A stretch of DNA of 64,000 nt from Malacoraja senta (taxonomy: Eukaryota), in the NCBI GenBank assembly GCA_038087875.1, contig CM075988.1, positions 3,720,001 through 3,784,000 on the forward strand. Direction: 5' to 3'. The position numbers and the translations under genes were made by a program. The notes beneath the pieces are model-generated. The model was not told the origin of the DNA. It ran no database searches and saw only the letters and a program-made list of their open reading frames with translations. Shown here piece after piece: positions 1-12,140 of the stretch (position 1 is its first letter; each line of letters begins with the position of its first letter).

Positions 1-76
1 GCAGCCTCACCCGCTGAGTTTCTCCAGCATTTTTGTCTACCTTCGATTTTCCAGCATCTGCAGTTCCTTCTTAAAC
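1..76 (+). mobile_element. Penelope-derived short repeat, 3' part
   Basis: gcagcctcacccgctgagtttctccagcatttttgtctacc matches the tail of the Penelope element at 42510-42556. Confidence 0.7.
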
Positions 77-635
77 ATACTGTGATGTTGGTTCACTGGT
101 TAGACTGTGAAAACATGTGAGGAGTTCTGTACTCTGATTGTTGCAGGATAAATACTGTGAGCAAGGAGATCAGAAAGCTCTGCTCTTCGAGATGAGTTAT
201 ATTGTTAGACTCAACTGGCCCTTGACGTCTCCAATCCAATTTCAACTCCTTTAGCCTCCCTAAAGATTATAAGCACTTAAGCAATGTTCAGCTAATTAAC
301 TTGCAAACATGCATCACAGGACAGCTGCAGATAAAACTTCCACCCTATTCACCCCAAATCAGACTGAAGAAGGGTCCCGACCCGAAATGCCACCTATCCA
401 TGTTCTCTAGTGGTGCTGCCTGACACCATTGAGTTACACCAGGATTTTGTCACTCCAAACCAACACTTCGACCTTCCCAAACCCCGTAACCTCATCCCCA
501 ACCGTAACCCCAACCGTAATCACCAATCCCGTCTTGTCCTCGGCATGCCACTTCACTCCCGTGGAAGACCAGAGAAGGTAGTTGAGGCAGGGACGATTGC
601 AACATTTAGGAAACATTTAGACGGGTACATGGATA

Positions 636-850
636 GGGTCTCGATCCGAAACGTCAGAGTCTGAAGGAGGGTCTCGACCCGAAATGTCAGAGTCTGAAGA
701 AGAGTCTCGACCAGAAATGTCAGTCTGAAGAAGGGTCTTGACCCGAAACATCACCCATTCCTTCTCTCGAGAGATGCCTGACCTGCTGAATTACTCCAGC
801 ATTTTGTGTCTATCATCGATTAAACCAGCATCTGCAGTTCCTTCCTACAC
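636..850 (+). ncRNA. Tandem array of minimal hammerhead-ribozyme-like motifs (three with the CUGA core plus one partial) at the head of a Penelope-derived repeat
   Basis: Units of about 31-33 bp, CTGAAGA-A-GGGT(CTCG)ACCC-GAAA(C/T)GTC with variants, start at 661, 694 and 725, with a partial unit at 636. They are followed by the common acccattccttctct...cagcatctgcagttccttcctacac tail. Confidence 0.6.
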
Positions 851-997
851 ATGGATAGGAACAGTTTAGAGGGATATGGGCCAAACACATGTTGGTCAGT
901 ATGGGCAGGTTGGGTGGAAGGGCCTGTTTCCACACTCTATGAGTATGACGGCAGTGTGTGACCATTGAGGGTGTTTGCGACAGGCTGCTCCTCTCAC

Positions 998-1155
998 CTT
1001 GATATAGGTGGCCCCACCCAGGGGCTCTCCGTCTCGGATCCAGGTGATGACCGCCGCTGGCTTGGCATTGTCCGCACGGCACGTCAGGTTCAGGGAGTCT
1101 CCGACCTTCAGGCTGACCACTGGCCCGCTGCTGATGACCGGATTGTCCGGAGGGA
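998..1155 (-). CDS. KIRREL3: Internal coding exon (158 bp, phase 1 to phase 0) of a Kin of IRRE-like / Neph family Ig-superfamily adhesion protein, N-terminal half of Ig domain 2
   Basis: Minus-strand translation (V)[52 protein letters not shown] closely resembles recalled KIRREL3 [53 protein letters not shown], and is closer to it than to KIRREL1. Acceptor ttcctttgttgcag precedes 1155; donor AAG|gtgaga follows 998. Confidence 0.88.
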
Positions 1156-1708
1156 CTGCAACAAAGGAACACACGTTCAAGCAGGAAACCAAACGCCGCT
1201 GGACAATGCCTCCATCTCTGCAGTGGCAATAATCAACATAAATATCAGCCCCAAACACAGTCACATCCGTCAAACGATGAGGAGGAGGAATGTCTTTAGT
1301 CAGAGGGGGGTGAACGGGGTTGGAGATTGCAACCTTCACGTGGTCCACCCTGTTTCGACTAATGCAATCAACCCGGCGTGCACAAGCAAGATCAAATAGA
1401 ACAAGTTGACCAACAACTTTTAGCTGTGCACGCCATACGCTAGAAGAAGAAGAAGAAGAGGGTGGTGAACCTGTGGAATTTTTAAGGCAGAGATAGATAG
1501 ATTCATGATTAGTACGGATGTCAGGGGTTATGGGGAGAAGGCAGGAGAATGGGGTTGAGAGGGAAAGATAGATCAGCCATGATTGAATGGCAGAGTACAC
1601 CTGATGGGCTGAAAGGCCTATTTCTGCTCCTATTACTAATGAACCTATGAAAGTGGGAACTAATCTGAAGTCCATCCTTCCATTACATTCATTGTCACGC
1701 TATGCAAA

Positions 1709-2029
1709 GGGCGGCACGGTGGCGCAGCGGTAGAACGGCTATCTCACAGGGCCTGAGATCCAGGTTCAATCCTGACTACGGGTGCTGTCTGTGCCGAGTT
1801 TGTACATTCTCCCTGTGACCACGTGCGTTTTCTCCGGGTGCTCTGGTTTCCGCCCTCATTCCAAAGATGTGCAGGTTTGTAAGTTAATTGGCTGCTGTAA
1901 ATTGCCCCTTGTGCGTTGCATGAGAAACTGGGATCACTTACAACTAGTGTATGGATCATTGTGGATCGGCATTGATCTGATGGGACAAAGGGCCTGTTTC
2001 CACACTGTATCTATAAACTAAACTAAACT
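1709..2029 (+). mobile_element. tRNA-derived V-SINE (HE1-like)
   Basis: A-box ggtggcgcagcggta, B-box ggttcaatcc, V-domain tttctccgggtgctctggtttcc, CR1-like tail agggcctgtttcc, (taaac)n end. Confidence 0.85.
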
Positions 2030-2969
2030 AGTTTGAACGGGTGATCGATGGTCAACATGGTCTCTAAACTAAACTAAAATATACTAAACCAAACTAAACT
2101 AAACTAAACGAGTGTGAATGGGTTGGTTAGTATAGATTCAGTGGGCCAAAGGGCCTCTTTCCACACTGTATCTCTAAATTAAACTAAACTAGTTTGAAAG
2201 GGTGATCGATGATGGTTGGCATGGACTCTGTGGACCGAAGGGCCTGTTTTAATGCAGTATCTTTCAATTAATTCAAGCAAAAGAGACCGTATATTACACG
2301 TAGTGTAACGCGATGCAAACCCCCCTATTACATTCACTGTTACTTTCTGAGAATCCCTCCAACACACTCTCTCCATTCAGTGTTTATCCCTTCATACAAC
2401 ACGGTCACCATTTTCCAATCCTTCCATTTTATTTGGTGTCAGTCAATGACTATCACTCCATTACAGCCTCTGAAGCTCAGTGAAAATACTTGCAGTATAT
2501 TGCATCAACAAGAGCCAATCCCCCTGTCACACTGTCAGGCACACTGCCAATCCATTGATTACACTGCGTCATTCACTGCCAATCTCTCCGACATTCTGTT
2601 ATTCAGTGCCAGTTATTCCATTGGAGTCTCTGTCACTCCATTGCATTGTGTCAGTTCACTTGCTCTGTTATCCTCTGCATCAGTATATCCGTCCATTACA
2701 TGGTGTTCCAAGTGCTAGCTCCTCCATTATGCTGTGCCCCACGTACCAGCAATCAGTCCATTATACTGATGGTATCAAGTTCCTGCTCATCTATGACCTT
2801 CAAATTTGTGCAGAATCACTCCTTCCTAGCATGAGCCTCACACCCTCAATCCAGCCTTGCTCCACTCCAACACCACGAGAAATTGCAGACAATTGAGGAC
2901 CAATCCATCACACAAACCAACCACCCTTCCATTGGCTCCATCTACACTTCACGCTGACTCGGCAATGGC

Positions 2970-3315
2970 AGCAGCGGGGGCGGAAATCCCAGGGGGGGCA
3001 GGGGGGACGTGACGTGGGGGATGATCCCCCCCATTTTTTGTAATCCGGATTTTAAAACCCGGTGAAATCTCCGCTTTCCGCGAGACAGTGGGGTGGGACT
3101 GATGATCGAGGGCGCCGATTGGACGAGAGAGACGTCGGTCAGCAGGCAATGGGGGCGGGATATGATGATCAGCGCAATGATTGGAGGAGGGAGGTGTCAG
3201 TCAGAGGCAGAAGTAGGGGGGTGGGACTGATGATAGAGCGCGGTGATTGGAGGAGGGAGACGTCCTGGTGGGAACGACGGTACAGGCTTACAACCAGTGC
3301 GGAGAAGCTGCGCTA
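2970..3315. mobile_element. Probable non-autonomous DNA-transposon fragment (GC-rich, hAT-like end) next to a LINE 3' fragment
   Basis: cagcgggggcggaaatcccagggggggcagggggg start, with repeated gggactgatgat motifs. No partner TIR found. Confidence 0.35.
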
Positions 3316-4014
3316 GCTTCTCCATTATGCCTGTCTGTCACAACCCCAACCCTCCGTTATACTTCAGTACCATTTCTTCAGTAACACTCCCTGCCACTGA
3401 GTGTCAATCTCCCCAAACAAACTGGGTGGTAGTGCCAATTCCTTCATTGCACTCCATGCCACTCAGTTTCATTTCTCTGTTGCAGAGAAGATCGAACAGT
3501 ACAGCACAGGAACAGGCGCTTCGGCCCACGATATCAGTGCCCTACGTCATGCTAAGAAACTAATGTCTGCCTGCAGTGATCCATGTCCCTCTGTTCCCTG
3601 CGTATCCACGTGCCTATCTAAAAACATTGTGGGATACAAATGTCAGTTCCTATATTATACCCAGTGTAATTCAGGGCTAGTGACTCCACACACTCAGTCC
3701 CAATATCTCAAATACATGAAGATAGACACAAAATGCTGGAGTAACCCAGCAGCTCAGGCAGCATCTCTGGAGATAAGAAATAGGTGATGTTTCAGGTCAA
3801 GATCCTTCCGCAGATCATTACATGTGTTTCTTGGTGTCAATCCACGTGCTCTATCTTTCCACCGCACTCAAGGCTAATGTCTTCATTATACTCTATCCAC
3901 GTTGCTAATCCTTGTTACTTGGCGCTAATGTGGCAGCACTAATCCTTACATTACTCTTGATGTCACCATATTGATCTCATCACTAGCCCTTGTCAATGGC
4001 ACCTGACTCTATAG

Positions 4015-4322
4015 AGTTTAAACTTTAGAGATACAATGCCAAAACAGGCTCTTTGTCCCACTAGTCCACACTGACCAGCGATCCCCACGAACACTAGCAC
4101 TATCTCACACACACTAAGGACAATTTACAATTTTACCAAAGCCAATTCACCTACAAACCAGTAAGTCTTTGGAGTGTGGGAGGAAACCGGAACACCTGGA
4201 GAAAACCCACGTGGTTACAGGTAGAATATACAAACTCCATACTGACAGCACCCATGGTCAGAATCGAACCGGTGTCTCTGGCCCTGTAATGTAGCAACTC
4301 TACCACTGTGCCACTGTGGTGC
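4015..4322 (-). mobile_element. V-SINE (HE1-like)
   Basis: Reverse complement of the SINE consensus: gtgtgggaggaaaccgga ... gcaactctaccactgtgccac. Confidence 0.85.
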
Positions 4323-4739
4323 CTATCCTAGTGGATCGCTATCCTTTACCCTCTCACTGGCCCCATAGCAGAAGCGTCCACGTCGCGGGGCTGGAAACTG
4401 GAGGTATCCTGAGCTAATTCTGCTACCATCGTCATCTATTGCGACAAGTGATAGCTCCCACTGATTGTCGCCGGAAGCTGGCGTCCTTTTCAGGACGGAC
4501 GATGACAGTGAGGTCAACATTTGTAACAAGATGGACACGAAAAGAAGACCCTCTCACAGTGACAGTGCCTTTCATTGTCAATCCTATAACAATGGAGACT
4601 GTTTACAGCTGAACCTTTCAAGATGAGTCCAAAAGAGTAAAAAGCAAATTTATCTTTAGCAATTCGTTGCAGGGAATTCCCACAAAGAGTGAACACCAAG
4701 TGGGACAAACTTCCAGATTGGAGTTTGCTTGTAAAACAG

Positions 4740-5100
4740 TTCATAAATTCATAAGCTCATAAATGATAAGAGCACAATTAGGTGATCAAGACTACTCTGC
4801 CTCTCAATCATGGCTGATCCATCTCTCCCTCCTAACTCCATTCTCCTGCCTTCTCCCCAAAACCCCTGACACCCGTACTAATCATGAATCTCTATCTCTG
4901 CCTTCATAATATCCATTGACGTTCTTCACACCATTCTGTGGCAAAGAATTCAACAGATTCACCACCCTCTGACTAAAGAAATTCCTCCTCATCTCCTTCC
5001 TAAGTGAACATCCCTTAATTTTGAGGCTATGGTTCTAGATTCTCCCACTGGTGGAAACATCCTCTCTATATCTACTCTATCCAGGCCTTTCACTATTCGA
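4740..5100 (-). mobile_element. CR1 LINE 3' fragment
   Basis: ccattctcctgccttctcccc...ttctgtggcaaagaattc...ttcaccaccctctg, shared with other CR1 3' ends in the window. Confidence 0.75.
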
Positions 5101-5295
5101 TGTTATCATGGAATGTCTACACCATTCAACCTCCCTTGGTTATCATATGAATCGGCAGCAATGTGCTTGGCTGATTGCTGCAATCAATCTTTAAGATGTG
5201 AGGGGAAATGCTTAAAGAAGATGTGTGGGGCAGGTATTCTACACAGTGGGTGATGGGTGGCAGGAACGCCCTGCCAGAGGTGGTGGTACACTAGG

Positions 5296-5735
5296 AAGAT
5301 GGAGCCGGCGGCGAGGACGACAACAGTCATGACGGGCAAGAAGCATGTCTAGTTGGAGATTGAACCAGGGACTGGCTTACTACAGTTTGGCAGCAGGAGG
5401 CGCTCCTGGGGCACAAAGGTGGATGGGTGAGGAGAGGGATGTCAGTTCGCTGGTCGGTCCAAATGTCCAAGGAAGGCATAGGCTGAAAGCCCACAGCAGT
5501 CTGGGGCTTGCCTGTACTGGACAATGCTCAATAGCTCTAGAACACGGACTGGACTCTGAAAATGGTGTCCAAACATGGCGCCTCTTGCACACAGGCTCAG
5601 TAGAGTATTTCTGTACACTTTGCTAATTGGGGATGTGCTTAGATGTGGCAATACTGTACTGGACTGTGTGTACGAACATAATTTTACTGCGTATTTTGAC
5701 AATAAAAGCATCTTTGAACCTTTGAACCTTTGAAT
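5296..5735 (+). mobile_element. Unclassified retroelement-like fragment ending in aataaa + (ttgaacct)n tail
   Basis: CpG-containing start gaagatggagccggcggcg; 3' end gacaataaaagcatctttgaacctttgaacctttgaa. Confidence 0.35.
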
Positions 5736-6084
5736 CTTTATGTTCCATGTTATCTTTGTAAGTTCAGCTTCAACAGTCCCATTGTAACCTGACAAAAAGC
5801 ACCAAAGAGTTCACTCATTGAACTCCTCCATCCCTGGTCACATGGTCTTTATGCCCACACGACTCCCACACACATTGGGTCTCATGTGTAGGAAGGAACT
5901 GCAGATGCTGGTTTATACCTAAGATAGACACAAAATGCTGGAGAAACCTAGAGGGTCAGACAGCATCTCTGGAGAAAATTAATAGGTGACATTTTGGGTC
6001 GAGAAGAAGGGTCTCGACCCGATCGTCATGTTCCTTTTAGCAGCAATGCTGTCTGACCTGCTGAGACTCCAGCTTTTTGTGTGT

Positions 6085-6392
6085 AGCGGTAGAGTTGCTG
6101 CCTTACAGCGCTTGCAGCGCCATAGACCCGGGTTCGATCCCGACTATGGGTGCTGTCTGTACGGAGTTTCTACGTTCTCTACGTGACCGCGTGGGTTTTC
6201 TCAGAAATCTTTGGTTTCCTCCCACACTCCAAAGACGTACAGGTTTGTAGGTTAATTGGCTTGGTATAAGTGAAAAATTGTCCCAAGTGTGTGTAGGCTA
6301 GTGTTAATGTGCGGGGATCGCTGGTCGGTGCGGACTCGGTGGGCCGAAGGGCCTGTTTCTACGCTGTATCTCTCAACTAAACTAAATTAAAC
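6085..6392 (+). mobile_element. V-SINE (HE1-like), 5' slightly truncated
   Basis: agcggtagagttgctgcc...gggttcgatccc...ggtttcctcccacactcc...gggccgaagggcctgtttc...(taaa)n. Confidence 0.85.
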
Positions 6393-6805
6393 AGTGGGCC
6401 TCATATTCTATAATGAAGTAGTCCACCCCAGTCACCATTCTGATTTTACGAGCCATCATCTGAGGATGGATTGAAGGGGAGCTGGCTGTCCGTCGCAGGA
6501 CAACTGATCAGAGACAACAGAGACAGAGAAGAAATATAAAATAAATGCGGATCGTAGAAATTGTTTTTAAAACATTTTGTTCTTATATTGAAGCATTCAT
6601 GCATAGATAATTTGTTCCCTCAGTCAACTCTGAAACAACAAAATCCTTGTGAAATGGAGAATCATTGGAGGGCGAATATTGTGCTCGGGAATAAGATTAC
6701 TGTGCTATTTTAAGAAGCCACCTGAAGCCGCCATGTGTTCTGGTGTTGTTTATATTGATACATTAAGCTGATTTAGCAGTTGTGGATTGTGGGTCTTCCC
6801 ATGTA

Positions 6806-7345
6806 GAGAGATACAGCATGGAAACAGGCCCTTCAGACTGCCGCGTCCATGCCGGGCATCAATCATTCCGCTCACTAGTTCCACAATATCCCACTTTCAC
6901 ATCCTACACACCAGGAGCAATGTTACAGAAGCCAATTACCCAGCAGACCTGCACGTCTTTGGAATGTGGGAGGAAACCGGAGCAGCTGGAGAAAACCCAC
7001 ACGGTCACGCGGAGAACGTGCAAACTCCGCACAGACAGCACCCATAGACAAGATCGAACCCGGGCCTCTGACGCTGTCAAGGGCCTGTCCCACATTGGCG
7101 ACTCTTTAGGCAACTGCCAGGGACTCGCTTTAATAGAATTCACCAGTGACACCTGGCGACAACCTATGACTGCACCTACGGCAACCTATGACAGCAAAAA
7201 TTGTCGTCACTGTCGTCGAAAAATGTTCAACATGTTGCAAATGTTGCGGGTCTGCCGTGGCGTCTGGCCATGAGTTGCCCAAAAGATCGCCTAAGTGGGA
7301 CAGGCCCATCAGGCAGAAGATCGACCTCTGCACCACTGTGCCACC
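6806..7345 (-). mobile_element. V-SINE interrupted by a MITE
   Basis: The SINE consensus ctgtaaggcag is split at tca by the element at 7080-7308. Confidence 0.75.
7080..7308. mobile_element. PIF/Harbinger-like MITE
   Basis: TIRs agggcctgtcccac / gtgggacaggccca; 3-bp TSD TCA at 7077-7079 and 7309-7311. Confidence 0.75.
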
Positions 7346-8597
7346 TCTCCACACTCATGTGAGCTCACCACAGTGAAAGCAGGCAGGAGCCAGCATCATC
7401 AAAGACTCACATCACCCCGGCCCCGCTCATACCTCACATCTACCTGAAAACCAGGTTCAAGAGTAGCTTCTTGCCAACAACCATCCGGCTCTTGAACACT
7501 GCACAACACTAACCACAACTATAAACCTCTACGTAGAAACAAAGAACTGCAGATGTTGATTCCTACCAAACATAGATGCAAAGTGCTGAAGTAATTCAGC
7601 AGGCCAGGCAGCATCTCTGCAGAAAAGGGATAGGTGACATTTTAGATTGGGACTCTTCTTCAGACTGGGTCTTTGTGTCTACCTTTGGAATGAACTTTTA
7701 TGGATTGCCTTTGGTTGTATTGACTTTGGGGGGTTTTCACACTGGTATTATAGTTATTAATCTATTGTTTTTTTGTTTTATTATGTATTATCAATCTGCA
7801 TTGTATTTACAGGCCTGTTATGCTGCTGCTGGTAAGAATTTTTTTGTTGTGCAATATGACAACTTATAAATGGGCATCTTACAACCCAGCGGTATGAATA
7901 TTGATTTCTCCAATTCATGTCACCTTTGCATCCCCTCTCTCTCCATCCCTCCCCCACCCGAGTCGTCGTACTAGTTTCGCTGAGTTTCACTGTCAGGATC
8001 ACTCATTATCACATTACCCACGGCCAACAATGGACCATTGTGGGCTCCACATGTCCTTGATCATCGTTGCTTTTTGTATATCTTTCATTCATTTGTTCTA
8101 TGTTCCCTCTATATCTCTCATTTCCCTCTCCTCTGACTCTCAGTCTGAAGAAGGGCCTCGACCCGAACCATCACCTATTCCTTTTCTCCAGAGATGCTGC
8201 CTGACCCGGTGAGTTACTCCAGCATTTTGTGTCTATTTTCTGGCAATGAAACACTCTTGATACTTGACAAATCATTGCAAAGTATCAGCTTCTGCTCACC
8301 GCCCCATTGACTGAGGTTCCTGGGAAATCTTTACACCCACAACATTCCCTTGCATTCTCTCTTCCCGACCCGAGGTAAAATGGCAGGAATTCTGGAAATT
8401 ATCTGAAGAATGGGCACCTTGGTGAGAGATTGTGATGGTCAATGTGAGATCTGATAGAAACATAGAAACAGAGAAAAATAGGTGCAGGAGTAGGCCATTC
8501 GGCCTTTCGAACCAGCACCGCCATTCAATATGGTCATGGCTGAGCATCTAAAATCAGTACCCCGTTCCTGCTTTTTCCCCACATCCCTTGATTCCTT

Positions 8598-8853
8598 TTT
8601 TTTTTAATTTAAAAATATTTATTCAAATATTAAAATAGTATTTACAACACAATAAAACAAAACAGATCCCACCACCATAGTACAAGATTAAACAAATATA
8701 GCAAGTAAACTACGAAACAACTATATTACAATCCTTGTCCAGGATACACTCAACCTCCCCTCGGTGCCCAGTGGTCCTGGAAATCCCCCAGGGTGCCCGT
8801 GGGCAGCGCGTAGTCCCTTTCTAGTACCACCCGAGCGCAGAAGTAACCCCGGC
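8598..8853 (-). mobile_element. Tx1/L1-type LINE 3' end with poly(A) tail
   Basis: Poly-T run on the plus strand. Minus translation GYFCARVVLERDYALPTGTLGDFQDHWAPRG resembles a Tx1 ORF2 C-terminus. TSD cccttgattcct on both sides (8585 and 8854). Confidence 0.7.
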
Positions 8854-9018
8854 CCCTTGATTCCTTTTCCCCGAAGAGCTAAATCCAACTGTCTCTTAAA
8901 AATATCCAGTGATTTAGCCTCCACTGTCTTCTGTGGCAGGGAATTTCACAGACTCAAAACTCTCTGGGTGATTTTTTTCGTAATCTCAGGCTTACAGTAA
9001 ATGGCCTACCCCTTATTC

Positions 9019-11173
9019 CAGGGCTGCCAACATTGGGTGAGAGTTGAGAGTGAGAAATTGCGAGGGAGCGTAGCGACTGGGGGGGGGGGAGGGGGGAGGG
9101 TGTGAGAGGGGGGTGTGAGAGGGGGGTGTTCCCCCTCCCACGGTAGGGAGCTTTTGCATTTTTCAGCTTGAAATTGTGCAATCTGGTGCATACTGTAGCG
9201 AGTCTTTTAACTTGCATTTGAATGCAACATTTATGCTTTAAATTGGATTAGGTATGAAAAAGGTTAGGCTAAATTACATTCCTAATTACATTCCACAATA
9301 GAGCCAGGCTCTGATCAACAGGTGCAGCACATGAATGACTGTTTTCATATATGGAAATCAGATTGTATTCATGCTGTTATGTGTATATATAGAGAAAAAC
9401 TCAGAGAAACAAAGCAAAAGTCAGACTTCCATCACTGTTCTGCACAAATAAATCAATCAACCTTGTTCAAGAAGGAACTACAGATGCTGGAGAATCGAAG
9501 GTGGACAAAATTGCTGGAGAAACTCAGCGGGTGCGGCAGCATCTATGGAGCGAAGGAAAGAGGCAATGTTTCGGGCCGAAACCCTTCTTCAGACGGTTTC
9601 AACCTTACCCTTTGAATATAGAAACAAGATGAAAATAATGCCACATATTCAATCATATATGGTTCAATGAAATTAAGATATATATGTAAAAATATATATG
9701 GAAACAGGCCCTTCTGCCCACAAAGTCCACACCGACCAGCAATCTATTATACACCAATTCCATCCATCACGCCAGGGACAATTTACAGAAGCCAATTAAC
9801 CTACAAACCTGCACTTCTTTCGGATATGGGAGAAACCGGAATATCCAGAGAAAACCCATGTGGTAGTAAGGCAGCAACTCTACCACTGCGCCACCGTGCC
9901 ACCCCATTAAATTATTTTTTCTGCAATATATTTATTATGGTGTCACGTGAAGAAAGATGAACACATGATTCTGATTTCTGCCCTTAGTTGGATAACACAC
10001 ATGTCCAGTCGTTGTGTTTTATGGCTGGTTTTCAACCTCTTCATGCTGAAGGTCTCGACTCGAAACATCACCCATTCTTTCTCTCCAGAGATGCTGCTTG
10101 TCCTGCTGAGTTTTTCTAGTTTTTAGTGTCTATCTTCAGTTTAAACCAGCATCTGCAATTCCTTCCTACACTATTTGTTAAGCAAAACAGGTCCTATTCT
10201 CATTATATCATTTTGTGATCAGCGTGAGAGCATGAGAGTTTTGTGAAATGCGTGAGTCTCACGCTCAATGCGTGAGAGTTGGCAGCCCTGCTAATAATGC
10301 AAACATTTTATGCAAGTTCCAATTGTTTGGACAAAAATCACTTATTACTGCTTTATAACAGTTAAGTTACATTAAGACCATTTCAGAAATTATGGCAGTC
10401 AACAAAAAATCAACTAACAAATTAAAGCAAACTAAAAGAAAATAACATGTTCCCTTTCCTGACTCTACCTTATAAGTACATTAATGCTGTTAACAGGCAA
10501 AGGGATATTAATCTCAAGAATCAAAATGGGAAAAGTGAGGGCAATTTTGCTTAAATGGTCATTCTAAGCCCATTCAGATCTGCATAGAGTCAGAGTTATA
10601 CAACATGTACATGGCTGGCCCAATTTGTCTATAATGATCAAGTTGGCATTCTGCGTGCCCAGGGACTGGCTGCCGTTCCCAGATCAGCTCGTGTCCCAGG
10701 GACTGGCTGCAGTTCTCAGGTCGGCTTGCCTGCCCCGACCCCGTGAAAACGAATTGAAAACCCCCCACAGTTTTTCGGGTTACGTGTGCCGTAGGTTGCC
10801 GAACCCCGTCCTAGATGTTTGGCCTCATTGTGGTCCCCCCCATGTTTTACAACCAATTCACCTGGTTAGTTCTATCTCCGGCTGCTTCATGTTGTCGGCG
10901 GCTGCACATCCAACCAAGAAAGAAGAGAAGAGAAGAGATGCGACGTAACTCACAACCGCCAACTGACGCGCTTCCCCAGACTGCACAGATCACTGTGATG
11001 TGGCGCAAAAGAGACAAACTGTGCAGGGACTGAAGACAGCGTGAGAATTCTGTCATCAGCGTGAGCATTGGCTGAAATGCGTGACTCTCACGCTCAAAGC
11101 GTGAGAGTTGGCAGCCCTGTCTAAGGCCAGGATGTGACAACAGACACACAGGGAGACACATACACAAAGGAAG

Positions 11174-11204
<31 letters not shown>

Positions 11205-12140
11205 GAGACAGACACACACACACTCACACACACAAGGAGACAGACAGACACACACACAGGGAGACACACAGACACGCACACACACACAGGGAGACACACA
11301 CACTCACTCACACACACAAGGAGACAGACAGACACACACACGGGGAGACACACAGACACACACATGGGGAGACACACACACACACAGAGACACACACATA
11401 CACACAGGGAGACACACACAGGGAGACACACAGACACGCACACACACACAGGGAGACACACACACACAGGGAGACACACACACACAGGGAGACACACAGA
11501 CACACACACACACACAGGGAGACACACACACAAGCACACACACACACACCTTTTCTTCCCCCTCCCTCCGTCCACCCCTTCCTCCCTCCTGCCCCCATCC
11601 TTCCCTCTTTCCTCCCCCTCCCTCTTTCTCCACTATCTCCTTTCCTTCCTTCATCCCCTTTCTACATTCCCTCCCCTTGTCTCTCTTTGCCTCCATCCTC
11701 CCTTTTTTTCTTTCCCTCTCTCTCTCTCTTTCCCCCCTCCCTCTCTCTCCCCGGCCGCCCAATGGGGAGTCTGGCGGGCATGGTGTAGCGTGGATGGCGG
11801 TGCTCGCGCTGCCGTGTGAGTTGAAGGGCAGGAGGGAGGGAGGGAGGGAGGGAGGGAGCGAGGCAGCAGCGGCGGCCGGCAGCGCAGCGCTCACAGCCGG
11901 CACATAGAGCTGCTGACACCCGGCGGTTGCACATCCAACCAAGAGAGAAGAGACGCGACATCACTCACAGCTGGCAACTGACGCACTTCACCAGACCGTG
12001 CAGATCCCTGGCACGCGGCGCAAAGGGAAAACTGTGCAGGGACTGAACTCAGCGTGAGAACTCGGTCATGAGCGTGAGGGCGTGAGAATTTGCTCCAAGG
12101 CGTGATTCTCACGCTGAAAGTGTGAGAGTTGGCAGCCCTG
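9019..12140. mobile_element. Non-autonomous hAT-like DNA transposon with 6-bp TSD and three right-end copies
   Basis: Left TIR cagggctgccaac at 9019; gttggcagccctg ends at 10290, 11119 and 12140; TSD ttattc at 9013-9018 and 12141-12146. No transposase ORF. Confidence 0.78.
11140..11750. repeat. (CA)n/cagggaga compound microsatellite followed by a polypyrimidine tract
   Basis: Directly visible; explains the low-complexity CV/TH ORFs. Confidence 0.95.

Noticed and set aside
896..1675. 259-aa minus-strand ORF as a full gene
   Set aside because: Only 998-1155 is Ig-like and bounded by splice sites; the rest is read-through into CR1 and intron sequence.
1709..1790. tRNA genes at SINE heads
   Set aside because: A/B boxes belong to tRNA-derived SINEs that continue into the V-domain and LINE tail; no complete cloverleaf.
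4323..4538. 71-aa minus-strand ORF over the structured segment
   Set aside because: No recognisable domain or convincing splice sites; the RNA-structure interpretation is reported instead.
10847..11942. Long CV-, TH- and P-rich ORFs
   Set aside because: Translations of microsatellite and polypyrimidine tracts.
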